Shown piece after piece: positions 1-12,000 of a stretch of 64,000 nt of DNA (its first letter is position 1; each line of letters begins with the position of its first letter). The notes beneath the pieces were generated by a model. It saw nothing but the letters and a program-made list of their open reading frames with translations, did not search any database and was not told the origin of the DNA. Origin of the DNA: Eledone cirrhosa (Eukaryota). The stretch spans positions 3,100,001-3,164,000 of the forward strand of contig OZ024759.1 in assembly GCA_964016885.1 (NCBI GenBank). Direction: 5' to 3'. The position numbers and the translations under genes are program-made.

Positions 1-312
1 ATTTGCATATGTATCTGTATGGCTCTTGGGTGAAAAGGAGGTCATATAAGTGTTCATTCAATAATAAATTGCTCCGAAGAATCCAAACCTAGGTTTGGAG
101 GAAACAGTTGTAAGCATAAAAATGTTTTGAACAGTTCTTTGATTATTATAATTCATATAACTGCTCTGTAAATCATCTGATGTTTTTGCATTGAGCTATT
201 TAACTTACTGGTAATAAGGTAGTAATATATTACTGCCTACCACTATTTAGGGTTTATAAAAATATATATAACTGCAAAAGGTTTTTGTATTTGCATAACC
301 ATAAATAGTATA
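1..312 (+). mobile_element. 3' end (pseudo-LTR) of a Penelope-like element, ending in (TA)n
   Basis: Contains an HHR at 70-116. Homologous to 32846-33000 (minus) and 40940-41180 (plus), the latter lying directly upstream of a Naiad-type ORF. Confidence 0.75.
70..116 (+). ncRNA. Minimal type I hammerhead ribozyme (U4C core variant)
   Basis: tgct-CCGAAGA-atccaaacct/aggtttgga-g-GAAA-cagttg-TA-agca. Stem I is tgct/agca. The copy at 32881-32927 (minus) has the perfect palindromic stem III acaattgt. Confidence 0.8.
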
Positions 313-680
<368 letters not shown>

Positions 681-1120
681 AACATTTCAGGTTATCAATA
701 ATGTAGTGATAATATATCGTCACGTTAGAGATGAACAGCGTACGTGTAGGTTTGCGAGTATAAATTATATTCCGGAGAAAATGTAGAAAAGATGAATAAA
801 AAATGAAAGTGCTTTTTTAAAAAGGAATTTATTAGGTATTGACATATGTTTCTGTAACAGACGGAATACCTATGTATCGCTGCTTGCGTAATCATATAAT
901 GTTAGCAAGTATTCGATAGCAAATGTATAATCAGTTGTCACTTCTTCAGAGATATTGGATAAATTGGAAAAAATCAGAAAAATTGAAGTATTTATATTAG
1001 TTGTAAGAAAGGAAGAGAGGGGATAGTATATGACAGATGGCAATTCAATTTACTGGTAAACAAGTATATAAAGGGTTTCTAATGAGATTACAATGAATAT
1101 ATGGTTTATTTTATCTAAAT

Positions 1121-2277
1121 ATAACCGCAAAGAGGTTAATTTCCTTGATGTTACTTTGAATCTCAATACAGAAACGATTAAACCGTTCCATAAACTAAAT
1201 GAGAACCTTAAATATGTAAATACCGGTTCTAACCATCCACCCTCTATAATTAAATCCATCCCTAGAAATATTTCCCTTAGAATCTCGCGCCTGTCGTCCA
1301 ACCAGCAAACCTTCAAAGAACATGCCGAATATTATGATGATGCACTTAGGAAGGCTGGACACCTAGATAATATAGAGTATATAGTCAAAGATCACCAAAA
1401 CACCCAAAATAAATCTCATAGAGGTAGAAATAGCATAGAATCACCACCATACATACACTACCGCAATAGACACACTAATAGTCGCACACCACCAAACAGA
1501 AGGCGATGTAAGGAGTATATTTGGTACAACCCGGTCTATAACAACTCTATTATAACCAATCTACCCTCACAATTCTTTCGATTAGTTAAAAAAACACTTT
1601 CCAACATCACATAAATATAATAAAATCTTAAACCCTAACACTATTCGACTTTCATATTCAACCGCCCCTAATATTGAACAACATATAAAAAAGCTTAACG
1701 CAAAACGGTTGTATAAACGCCTTCCAACACATAACAATACACGTAAAACATCGGCTATAACATCACAAAACAACAAACAACATCTCGTCCTGCCTAAGCA
1801 ACCTCATCAACCCATCCATGCCAATACAACAACGCAATATTATAACTGTAACTGTGTCCAACCAGGAATGTGTCCGTTGAACAATCAGTGTCTTGAACGC
1901 AACATCATATACAAATGTACTATCGAATCAGATAGCCAGAAGTGGTACTATGTGGGGTCTACAGCCACCTCCTTCAAATCTCGCCTTTATAGACATCGTT
2001 ACTCGATAAAACATGAAAACCAGCGTTATGTAACAACACTCGCAGACAGGGCTTGGCAGCTGCGCGAAAATAACCAACAATTTAACCTAAAATGGGATAT
2101 AATAGCGTTTGCCCCTCCATATCCCACGGACAGGAATTTTGTAAATTGTGTAATATGGAATTATTTTGTATTATGAAATCCAAAAATATTTTATTAAATA
2201 ACAGAATAGAGCGATCGTTATACTGTAACCATCGCTTGAAATCTACATGTTCATATTACAAACACTACCAGGATTGA
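1121..2277 (+). pseudogene. Frameshifted Naiad PLE RT thumb plus GIY-YIG endonuclease
   Basis: EVNFLDVTLNL...YVNTGSNHPPSIIKSIP (PLE thumb), then CNCVQPGMCPLNNQCLERNIIYKC...YYVGSTATSFKSRLYRH...CKLCNMEL...LLNNR...CNH, spread over three frames. Confidence 0.88.
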
Positions 2278-2754
2278 ACGCCTGTCTCCATCTCCGTTTG
2301 ATTGTCAAAATACATATTAACATTCACTATTAGTCTTAATTCTATCAACTCTTCTATTCTTTACCATTTAATATCAACTGCTATAGATAAAATGAGATTT
2401 CTTAATTCAATTCCCTAATGCATATACCAGCAGGCTACCAGCATTGTTGTTATTCAGTAGCAGTGAAAATCTCCCTCTTCCTTAATTGACACTTTATATC
2501 TATTAATACTACTACACCAAACGACCAGCCCTGTCCATTGTTCAATTGTTCAAGTATAGATTAAAATAGGCACTCCCAAAAATTCTTATTTAGATAAAAT
2601 AAACCATATACTCATTGTATTCTCATTAGAAAGCCTTTATATACTTGTTTACCAGTAAATTGAATTGCCATCTCTCATATACTTTCCCCTCTCTTCCTTT
2701 CTTACAACTAATATAAATACTTCAATTTTTCTGATTTTTTCCAATTTATCCAAT

Positions 2755-2869
2755 ATCTCTGAAGAAGTGACAACTGATTATACATTTGCTATCGAATACT
2801 TGGTAACATTATATGATTACGCAAGTAGCGATACATAGGTATTCCGTCTGTTACAGAAACATGTCAATA
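2755..2869 (+). ncRNA. Type I hammerhead with long stem II insertion (inverted copy at about 836-953)
   Basis: CTGAAGA-a-gtgaca...tgttac-a-GAAA-catg-TC-aata. Stem III is the palindrome acatgt; stem I is weak. Confidence 0.6.
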
Positions 2870-2912
2870 CCTAATAAATTCCTTTTTAAAAAAGCACTTT
2901 AATTTTTTATTC

Positions 2913-2957
<45 letters not shown>

Positions 2958-2961
<4 letters not shown>

Positions 2962-3360
2962 GAATAATCGAGTATCGAAAAATCGGCGCACGAGTTCACG
3001 ATAAACAAAATTCGAGATGAGCGGCAGAGGGCTCCATAATTCAAATAAATCAGAGCTATAACTATCGTTAAAATACCGTCACACGTAGAATATGTCTACA
3101 ATCAACCAAACAACCGAAAAATTGCGATATGGAAGATTTGGGACACTCAGATAAATTATCAATAAATGAAATGAATGTCAAAAGCATACCCGGACCCACT
3201 AGAGAGATGGTATATCTAGCTTCTTGGGTTTCAGTAAATCCTTAAACCGTCCTCTATCAGCTCACATAAAAATATAAGACTTGCAGACAACGGGGGACTG
3301 GAGTTACTTCTTCAACGAGCTTTTGTCCGAACGGATGAAAAGACAAAACCCAGGCTGAAA
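2958..3360. repeat. Unclassified dispersed repeat family X inserted in (TA)n
   Basis: About 90% similar by eye to 58340-58750. Shares blocks (cagagctataac, acccggaccc, ttgggtttc) with 9597-9873 and 53860-54383. Confidence 0.7.
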
Positions 3361-3398
<38 letters not shown>

Positions 3399-3399
3399 C

Positions 3400-3446
<47 letters not shown>

Positions 3447-3448
<2 letters not shown>

Positions 3449-5290
3449 GAAAAAATTTGAACAGGGACAAAACAGAGAGGCAGTACAATAAATGTTTATT
3501 AATTTCAAGCTCAGGAGAGTGGGGGGTAGGTGGGGGACGACGTTTCGGGCATAAGCCCTTCCTCAGGTGAGAAGTGTGTGAGAACAGAGTTCAAAAGGTG
3601 TGTAGGGGAGTGGTGGAGAGACATATAGCGAAAGGAAACGGTGCGAATGAAAAAAAACAAATAAAGATAAAAAATAAAAATAAAGCATGATCAAAATACA
3701 AGGAATGAGAAAATTTAAAAATAAAGGCATGATCAAAATAAACTGAAATCAAAAGGGGGGTAAAAAGGTGGTGGAAGGGTGTGGGGTGAGTAGGGGTGGT
3801 GGCGGGTGGAGTGGGGAGAGGGAGACGGGGTGTCCGAGCGGGGAGGGCTGAAGGTGGTGTGTGTGTGTGTGTAGGTGAAAGTAAGGGTTGGGGGAAAACG
3901 GGGTTGCATGTTCAGGAAGGGTGTGTGTGTGGAGGGTGTTTTTGTGGGTCGGAGTGTCTGTGCGTGTGTGGATAGGGGGGTGGGGGGAGAGGAATCAGGA
4001 GGCTGAGGGTGTAAATATGTGGTGGGAAGCACGTATGTGTGGGGTTTAAGCGTGTTGTGGGTGTGGGTGGCGTGTGGAGAAAAAAATTTTGTTTGGGGTG
4101 TGTGTGCGGGTGAGTCATATAGGTGATTACGCAAGAGGATGGTTGAAAAGTTGGTAAGTTCCAAGGATGTTTAGTAGATTGTTTGTAAGTCAAATTCTGC
4201 GTGTGGGTAATCCATGAAGTGGTGGTCGGAAGAGGAGAGAGGTGGGGTGCGCGCGCAACAGGAAGTGGTCAGCAGTGGGAGTGCTGTGGTCTGTTGGTGC
4301 TGGGAGGTGGCCAGAGGGCATAGCAGCAGTCAGTGGAATGGTAGGGGGCGAGGATGGGTAGGTGTGAAAGTTGGAGGGTGTGTGTGTGTATTAGTAGGGG
4401 TGTTAGTGGGATGAGTGAGTGTGGAGCGAGGGTGTGGGTGGAGTGGGGAGAGAAGGGTGTGTGTGGTTCTATGGAGGGAGTGTGGTGTACTGGTGTGTGT
4501 GTAGTTTGATGAAGAGGTGTTAGTGAGTGTTAGTATACGGGAGGTGGGGAGGGGTTGAATGCAGGTGTGAGTGGGGTTAGTGGTGGTAGGGTGTGTAGAG
4601 TTGGTGGTGTACGAGGGTGTGTGGGTACGTGTGCGTGGGGTTGGGGGGTGTTAGTGATGTTAGTTGCGTGTGGGGTGGGTGGTGTAAGTGGGTGCGTGTG
4701 TTCGTGTGCTTGGGGTTAGGGGGTGTTAGTGAGGTTATCTGCGGGGTGGTGGGATGGAGGGGTGGGTGTGAGAGGTGTGGGGGTGAGGGTTAGTGGTGGT
4801 AGTAGGGTGTGTGTTTAGTGTGAGCGCGTGTATATATGTGCCGGTGGGTGTGTGCGTGTGATAAGGAGGGGGGAGGAGGAGAAGAGGGGAGGGAAGGGAT
4901 GTTAGTATGTTAGTTGGGGAAGGGTGATCAGAAGAGGGGTGGAGTGGAGGTGTTATTATTGTTAGTGTGGGGTGGGCGGTGAAAAGGAGGGGTGTGTTAG
5001 TGGGGGATGAGTGTGGGGGGAGGGGGCGGTCGAACGCTAAAGGAATAAGGGTGGGGAGTTCAGGCCGGGGGGAGTGTGGGTCTGTAAGATGAAGATAGTT
5101 CGTTGTTCGACCGTAAGGCGATGGGCGGGTGTTCCGTGGCACTGGAGTAGGCCACAGACTGTGAGATGGCGTGCAGAGTGTCCAGGGCCACCAAAGTGGC
5201 GGGCGATGGGGGAACTGCCCCCGAGACGAATATCCCGGAGGTGCTCCGTGACTCGGTCCGCCAGGCGACGTCCCGCCTGTCCGACATAAG
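3447..5290 (-). mobile_element. 5'-truncated Neptune-like PLE (GIY-YIG end, long CA-rich 3' UTR, pLTR with HHR)
   Basis: GIY-YIG C-terminus at 5037-5288. HHR-like CTGAGGA-a-gggc-ttat-gccc-GAAA-cgtcg-TC at about 3533-3572 on the minus strand. Confidence 0.8.
5037..5288 (-). pseudogene. GIY-YIG endonuclease C-terminal half (absent from the ORF track, no Met)
   Basis: Manual translation: YVGQAGRRLADRVTEHLRDIRLGGSSPIARHFGGPGHSARHLTVCGLLQCHGTPAHRLTVEQRTIFILQTHTPPGLNSPPLFL*. Matches the PLE pattern YIG.T.R.L..R..EH...P.ARHF...E...I..L.T..P.GLN. Confidence 0.85.
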
Positions 5291-5478
5291 ATAGAAATAT
5301 ACTAATAATAATATTACAGTTTGCCTATCATGACTTAAGATAATACATCATAAATCAACAAAAGCAAATTGTATTGGCAATGGCCATTGCCAATACAATT
5401 TGCTTTTGTTGATTTATGATGTATTATCTTAAGTCATGATAGGCAAACTGTAATATTATTATTAGTATATTTCTATCT
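5289..5478. repeat. 190-bp loopless palindrome
   Basis: 95-bp arms centred on tggcca (5381-5386), abutting the truncated 5' end of the PLE. Confidence 0.92.
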
Positions 5479-5636
5479 AGCTAACTTGGTCATTTACAAT
5501 ACAAACATAAATATGAGGATATTTGTGTTTATCAAATATATTGATTTATGTTAACCTATATTACACGGCTCAGAAATACTCTTTCTTCGAGCTATTTCAT
5601 TGTAAATGATCGCCTGAGATTTGAACTCATTATTAT

Positions 5637-5717
<81 letters not shown>

Positions 5718-5718
5718 T

Positions 5719-7284
5719 GTGAAGACAAACATAGAATATTCGAAAATATTCTGTATGTTTATAATAAACATTTTGAAGACCCAATCGCTATAGAATAGAA
5801 TACGTCACGTATTACAATTTGAGATTCTCGATAAAAGCAAGGGAAGTAACCTACGCGTTTCATTCTTATTAGAAATCATCAGGATTACATATCCAATGCT
5901 TTTATCGAGAATGACACAGCTAGAGACTTATAGAATACTTAGCTGTGTACAGGAACTGGTTTGAAAGAGCGGTAGCCGGTCCGGCAGAAATTAGAATTTG
6001 GATTTAATGCTCTGAAATAGCGATATATATGTGAAGACAAACATAGAATATTCGAAAATATTCTGTATATTTATAATAAACATTTTGAAGACCCAATCGC
6101 TATAGAATAGAATACGTCACGTATTACAATTTGAGATTCTCGATAAAAGCAAGGGAAGTAACCTACGCGTTTCATTCTTATTAGAAATCATCAGGATTAC
6201 ATATCCAATGCTTTTATCGAGAATGACACAGCTAGAGACTTATAGAATACTTAGCTGTGTACAGGAACTGGTTTGGAAGAGCGGTAGCCGGTCCGGCAGA
6301 AATTAGAATTTGGATTTAATGCTCTGAAATAGCGATATATATGTGAAGACAAACATAGAATATTCGAAAATATTCTGTATGTTTATAATAAACATTTTGA
6401 AGACCCAATCGCTATAGAATAGAATACGTCACGTATTACAATTTGAGATTCTCGATAAAAGCAAGGGAAGTAACCTATGCGTTTCATTCTTATTAGAAAT
6501 CATCAGGATTACATATCCAATGCTTTTATCGAGAATGACACAGCTAGAGACTTATAGAATACTTAGCTGTGTACAGGAACTGGTTTGAAAGAGCGGTAGC
6601 CGGTCCGGCAGAAATTAAAATTTGGATTTAATGCTCTGAAATAGCGATATATATGTGAAGACAAACATAGAATATTCGAAAATATTCTGTATGTTTATAA
6701 TAAACATTTTGAAGACCCAATCGCTATAGAATAGAATACGTCACGTATTACAATTTGAGATTCTCGATAAAAGCAAGGGAAGTAACCTACGCGTTTCATT
6801 CTTATTAGAAATCATCAGGATTACATATCCAATGCTTTTATCGAGAATGACACAGCTAGAGACTTATAGAATACTTAGCTGTGTACAGGAACTGGTTTGA
6901 AAGAGCGGTAGCCGGTCCGGCAGAAATTAGAATTTGGATTTAATGCTCTGAAATAGCGATATATATGTGAAGACAAACATAGAATATTCGAAAATATTCT
7001 GTATGTTTATAATAAACATTTTGAAGACCCAATCGCTATAGAATAGAATACGTCATGTATTACAACGATAAAAGCATTGGATATGTAATCCTGATGATTT
7101 CTAATAAGAATGAAACGCGTAGGTTACTTCCCTTGCTTTTATCGAGAATCTCAAATTGTAATACGTGACGTATTCTATTCTATAGCGATTGGGTCTTCAA
7201 AATGTTTATTATAAACATACAGAATATTTTCGAATATTCTATGTTTGCCTTCACATATATATCGCTATTTCAGAGCATTAAATC

Positions 7285-7289
<5 letters not shown>
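5719..7289 (-). mobile_element. Retrozyme-like tandem array 1: 312-bp unit x about 4.3 plus an inverted arm
   Basis: Unit starts at 5719, 6031, 6343, 6655 and 6967. HHR on minus at 5846-5888, 6158-6200, 6470-6512 and 6782-6824. The inversion from about 7066 carries a plus-strand HHR at 7085-7127. Confidence 0.88.
7085..7127 (+). ncRNA. Type I hammerhead ribozyme (array 1 consensus)
   Basis: gtaatc-CTGATGA-tttct-aata-agaat-GAAA-cgcg-TA-ggttac. Canonical core, stem I gtaatc/ggttac, palindromic stem III acgcgt. Confidence 0.92.
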
Positions 7290-7342
<53 letters not shown>

Positions 7343-7347
<5 letters not shown>

Positions 7348-7705
7348 TAAACGGTATCAGTTGGTTCTTATAAATTGGTATCTTGGCGCAAAACCAATTT
7401 TTTATCCACATGACCTCTACCGACCAATCAAAATTGTTTTGACCAAGAATTTTTGCTGGAGCCACTTTTTTAACATAAAAACAGGTAGAATTCCCAAAAC
7501 TAATCAGATCAGACCAAACAGCACGGACACTCTTTCTCAAAATTATTTTTGAAAAGCATTTAGAAATGCGCAACCGGTAAAAACTTAAAAACTTAAAACC
7601 ACAACTGAATACTAACCCATACAATCACTAATACTCTTTTATTCCTAATTAAACCATTTTTCAACTGTGAACAATTTGTCAGCATTTTCTATTCCGTTTA
7701 CCAAT
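7343..7705 (+). mobile_element. Short non-autonomous element with 12-bp inverted ends and an HHR-like variant
   Basis: Ends are attggtaaacgg...ccgtttaccaat. Reverse copy at 57275-57745. Internal TTGAAAA-gcatt-taga-aatgc-GCAA-ccgg-TA. Confidence 0.6.
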
Positions 7706-7739
7706 ATATAATAACTTGTGTGTTACACCTCTATTCTTT

Positions 7740-7778
<39 letters not shown>

Positions 7779-7784
<6 letters not shown>

Positions 7785-8105
7785 GTGAGGTTTTTTTTAC
7801 AAAATGAAAAATAACCGAGGTGTCCTACACGAGTGAAAGTATAAAGAAAAAGAGATGAAATCGAAAATGCAACTGGAGTCTTATTTTTTTTAAAAATATA
7901 ATATATTTATTTGGTTCCTTTACCGGTTTCGCAGTTCTTCTGCTTTTCAAAAGGTGAGTTGAGATGGAGAAAAACCACAGACCCTCCATCTCAACTCACC
8001 TTTTGAAAAGCAGAAGAACTGTGAAACCGGTAAGGGAACCAAATAAATATATATATTTTAAAAAAAAATAAGACTCCAGTTGCATTTTCGATTTCATCTC
8101 TTTTT

Positions 8106-8110
<5 letters not shown>
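7779..8110. mobile_element. Palindromic mini-insertion of two inverted pLTR ends, each with a U3-A8 hammerhead
   Basis: About 7840-7968 is the reverse complement of about 7984-8110. HHR at 7917-7954 (minus) and 7999-8036 (plus). A 60-bp tail is present on the left arm only. Confidence 0.82.
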
Positions 8111-8160
<50 letters not shown>

Positions 8161-8163
<3 letters not shown>

Positions 8164-9455
8164 GATAAGGAAAAGCGAAGTAGTTTCAGATGTTCAAGTC
8201 CTTTAATAATAATGCTGTGATATATATTTCAGTGACGAGACTGGCCACACTGTTCTGTGTGCGAGTGTCGTGTCATCATCAGACAGCTTGTTACATAATA
8301 AGGTTATGTTTCCGAGGCAATCCAAATTGGATTTTCTTGCACCAAATTGGATTTTCCTGCACCAAATCGCACTTGAACAGAGGCCCCCTCAATTCAATCT
8401 ATACATGGACAGATGGACAATCATATGGATCATATATGTACTCTGTGTTTTTGCATTTATTCACTGTTGGTTCTTTTCTTTTGTGTACTTTATGTCTGTT
8501 TTTCTTTGATTTTGTTCCATGTGATGGAAATTAGGACTGTGTACCAGATTCACGAATGCCTGGAGCCCTGTAGTTATAATGTACGACACTATCGTTCAAT
8601 ATGTGGATAGAGTAACTGTGACACTAGAATCCCTCTGAGAACATATTACTTAAACACCTCTCTCCATATTATTTACTCACTTCAGTCTATATTTTTACTC
8701 ACCTCAATCCGAATTATCACCTGAAAAGAATTTTTTTAATTCTTTTCTTAATTCTTTAATTTCTAATTGTTAATTTCTTAATTGTTTAATTTATAATTTC
8801 TGATATTTGATTTAGGTTTTTAATTTTTATTTCCAACTCTCACTTCCAACGTAAAACCATGATACCTAGAATAAGTTTATTTTCCCTAATAAGATGATGG
8901 TCAGTAGTACCGTCAACGCTTAGTGAGGGGTAGTATTATGACCTGTAAAAACTAACACTCTCCCATCCCCTCTGGCTCTCGGCTGACTGCTACAGCCGTG
9001 ATGGGTAGCAGTAAAATATGGTACAGGCATTGGTGGGCCATTGTTTTCGATGACAGGGTGAACTGACTAAGCAAATTTCGTTGAAGTCTACGGTGGAGAA
9101 TGGCCAACTCCCTTTGGACATGCGCTTGCGCAGGCCGGTGGGGGTGAATTGGTAGTCACAAGGGAGCGGATGAAAAACCCAAGAACACGCAATTCATCCG
9201 TTCCCTTGTCGATCCAATTTGGATTACCTCGGAAACATAACCTTATTATGTAACAAGCTGTCTGATGATGACACGACACTCGCACACAGAACAGTGTGGC
9301 CAGTGTCGCCATTGAAATATATATCACAGCATTATTATTAAAGGACTTGAACACCTGAAACTACTTCGCTTTTCCTTATTCGATATTTACTCCGTCACTC
9401 CTATGTGGAAAAAGTACGTTGAGTGCTTGAATTGACTTGCATCAATATTTACCCT
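8161..9455 (+). mobile_element. Non-coding PLE-like insertion with inverted pLTRs carrying HHRs
   Basis: 8163-8331 is the reverse complement of about 9213-9381. HHR gctgt-CTGATGA-(long stem II)-GAAA-tatata-TC-acagc at 9257-9330 (plus) and 8214-8287 (minus). Third copy at 59700-59948. Confidence 0.8.
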
Positions 9456-9456
9456 A

Positions 9457-9517
<61 letters not shown>

Positions 9518-9525
9518 CACATATA

Positions 9526-9585
<60 letters not shown>

Positions 9586-9596
9586 CATATATATAT

Positions 9597-9873
9597 AAAA
9601 ACAAACATAAATTATCGAGATTCGCATTTCGGCCCGCGAAATAACGAAAAACAACCTCCGAGATGTGAGGCAAGTGCTCAATGGTTCAGATGAACCAGAG
9701 CTATAACAAACGTTGAATCCAACACACTGAGACGATGGTTAAACAATCATTCGCATAACGAAAAAAAACGATCAAGTAATTCGGGTATTGAAAATTTACC
9801 CGGACCCCTGGAAGGTTGGTAAAATCCAGTATTTGGGTTTCTGCGGCTCCTAAATCAAGTACCGTCCGCTTAC
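9597..9873. repeat. Family X dispersed repeat (subfamily shared with 53860-54383)
   Basis: aaattatcgaga...atttcggccc.cgaaataacgaaa...accagagctataac...cctaaatca matches 53860-54160. Confidence 0.7.
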
Positions 9874-10240
<367 letters not shown>

Positions 10241-10241
10241 C

Positions 10242-10272
<31 letters not shown>

Positions 10273-10281
10273 CATATATAC

Positions 10282-10670
<389 letters not shown>

Positions 10671-10726
10671 TACATATATATATATGTACATATATATATA
10701 TATATACATATATATACATATATATA

Positions 10727-11052
10727 TAATGAAATGACAGGAGGCTGGATTTGTGTAAATCCTTGAAAGGTTTATTATACTATGATCATTTCAATGACCG
10801 GGTTCCGTATGAATCCGGTGATATCATCAGGTATTCGACATATAATACGTGAATGTAATAGATAAAATCCATGGGGCTGAAAATCGAGGACCCGAGGGTG
10901 ACCGCTATTCTGTTCCTTCAACCTCAGCCGGTCGCCCTACAAAAACAAAGACGGTTGAACTGCTTTACGTTGAGTACTCTCTATATTATTGCATTACGAT
11001 TGACCATACGGAATAGACCAGCTCTATACAGTGGTGAACCTCAAACCTGAAT
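10727..11052 (-). mobile_element. pLTR fragment with HHR joined to an inverted tail piece
   Basis: Minus-strand HHR at 10777-10834: atac-CTGATGA-...-GAAA-tgatca-TA-gtat. 10727-10938 matches 34129-34336 directly; 10937-11050 matches 33985-34097 inverted. Confidence 0.78.
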
Positions 11053-11055
11053 ACA

Positions 11056-11147
<92 letters not shown>

Positions 11148-11159
11148 TATTTATATACA

Positions 11160-11193
<34 letters not shown>

Positions 11194-11198
11194 CATAT

Positions 11199-11378
11199 GT
11201 AGGAGGTGAGTTTTATTGTTGATTTAAAACTGCACTATCCACAAGTGTTTTTAAATTTCATATCATGTCTTCCTATTTTATCTGATGAAAACACAAATAT
11301 TATTGCATGATGATATTTGTTTTTGAAATGCGCATAATAAAATACATGGAACTCTTTTGACCATCTTTTGTTCTTATA
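11199..11378 (+). mobile_element. pLTR fragment with HHR
   Basis: HHR at 11274-11344: tattttat-CTGATGA-aaacacaaatat...atatttgttttt-GAAA-tgcgca-TA-ataaaata. Reverse homolog at 49213-49380. Confidence 0.82.
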
Positions 11379-11390
11379 TATTATATATAT

Positions 11391-11446
<56 letters not shown>

Positions 11447-11457
11447 ATATATATATC

Positions 11458-11528
<71 letters not shown>

Positions 11529-11551
11529 ATATATATATCTATATATATATC

Positions 11552-11613
<62 letters not shown>

Positions 11614-11639
11614 TCTATATATATATCTATATATATATC

Positions 11640-11978
<339 letters not shown>

Positions 11979-12000
11979 ATATATATATATATATATATAT

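Larger units (their letters stand above)
682..2920 (+). mobile_element. 5'-truncated Naiad-type Penelope-like element with inverted 5' pLTR
   Basis: About 787-1120 is the reverse complement of about 2588-2920. The interior encodes the RT thumb and GIY-YIG. HHR in both arms; flanked by (TA)n. Confidence 0.88.

Noticed and set aside
3733-5142. Pro/His/Thr-rich ORFs
   Set aside because: Low-complexity CA/GT-rich 3' UTR of the PLE.
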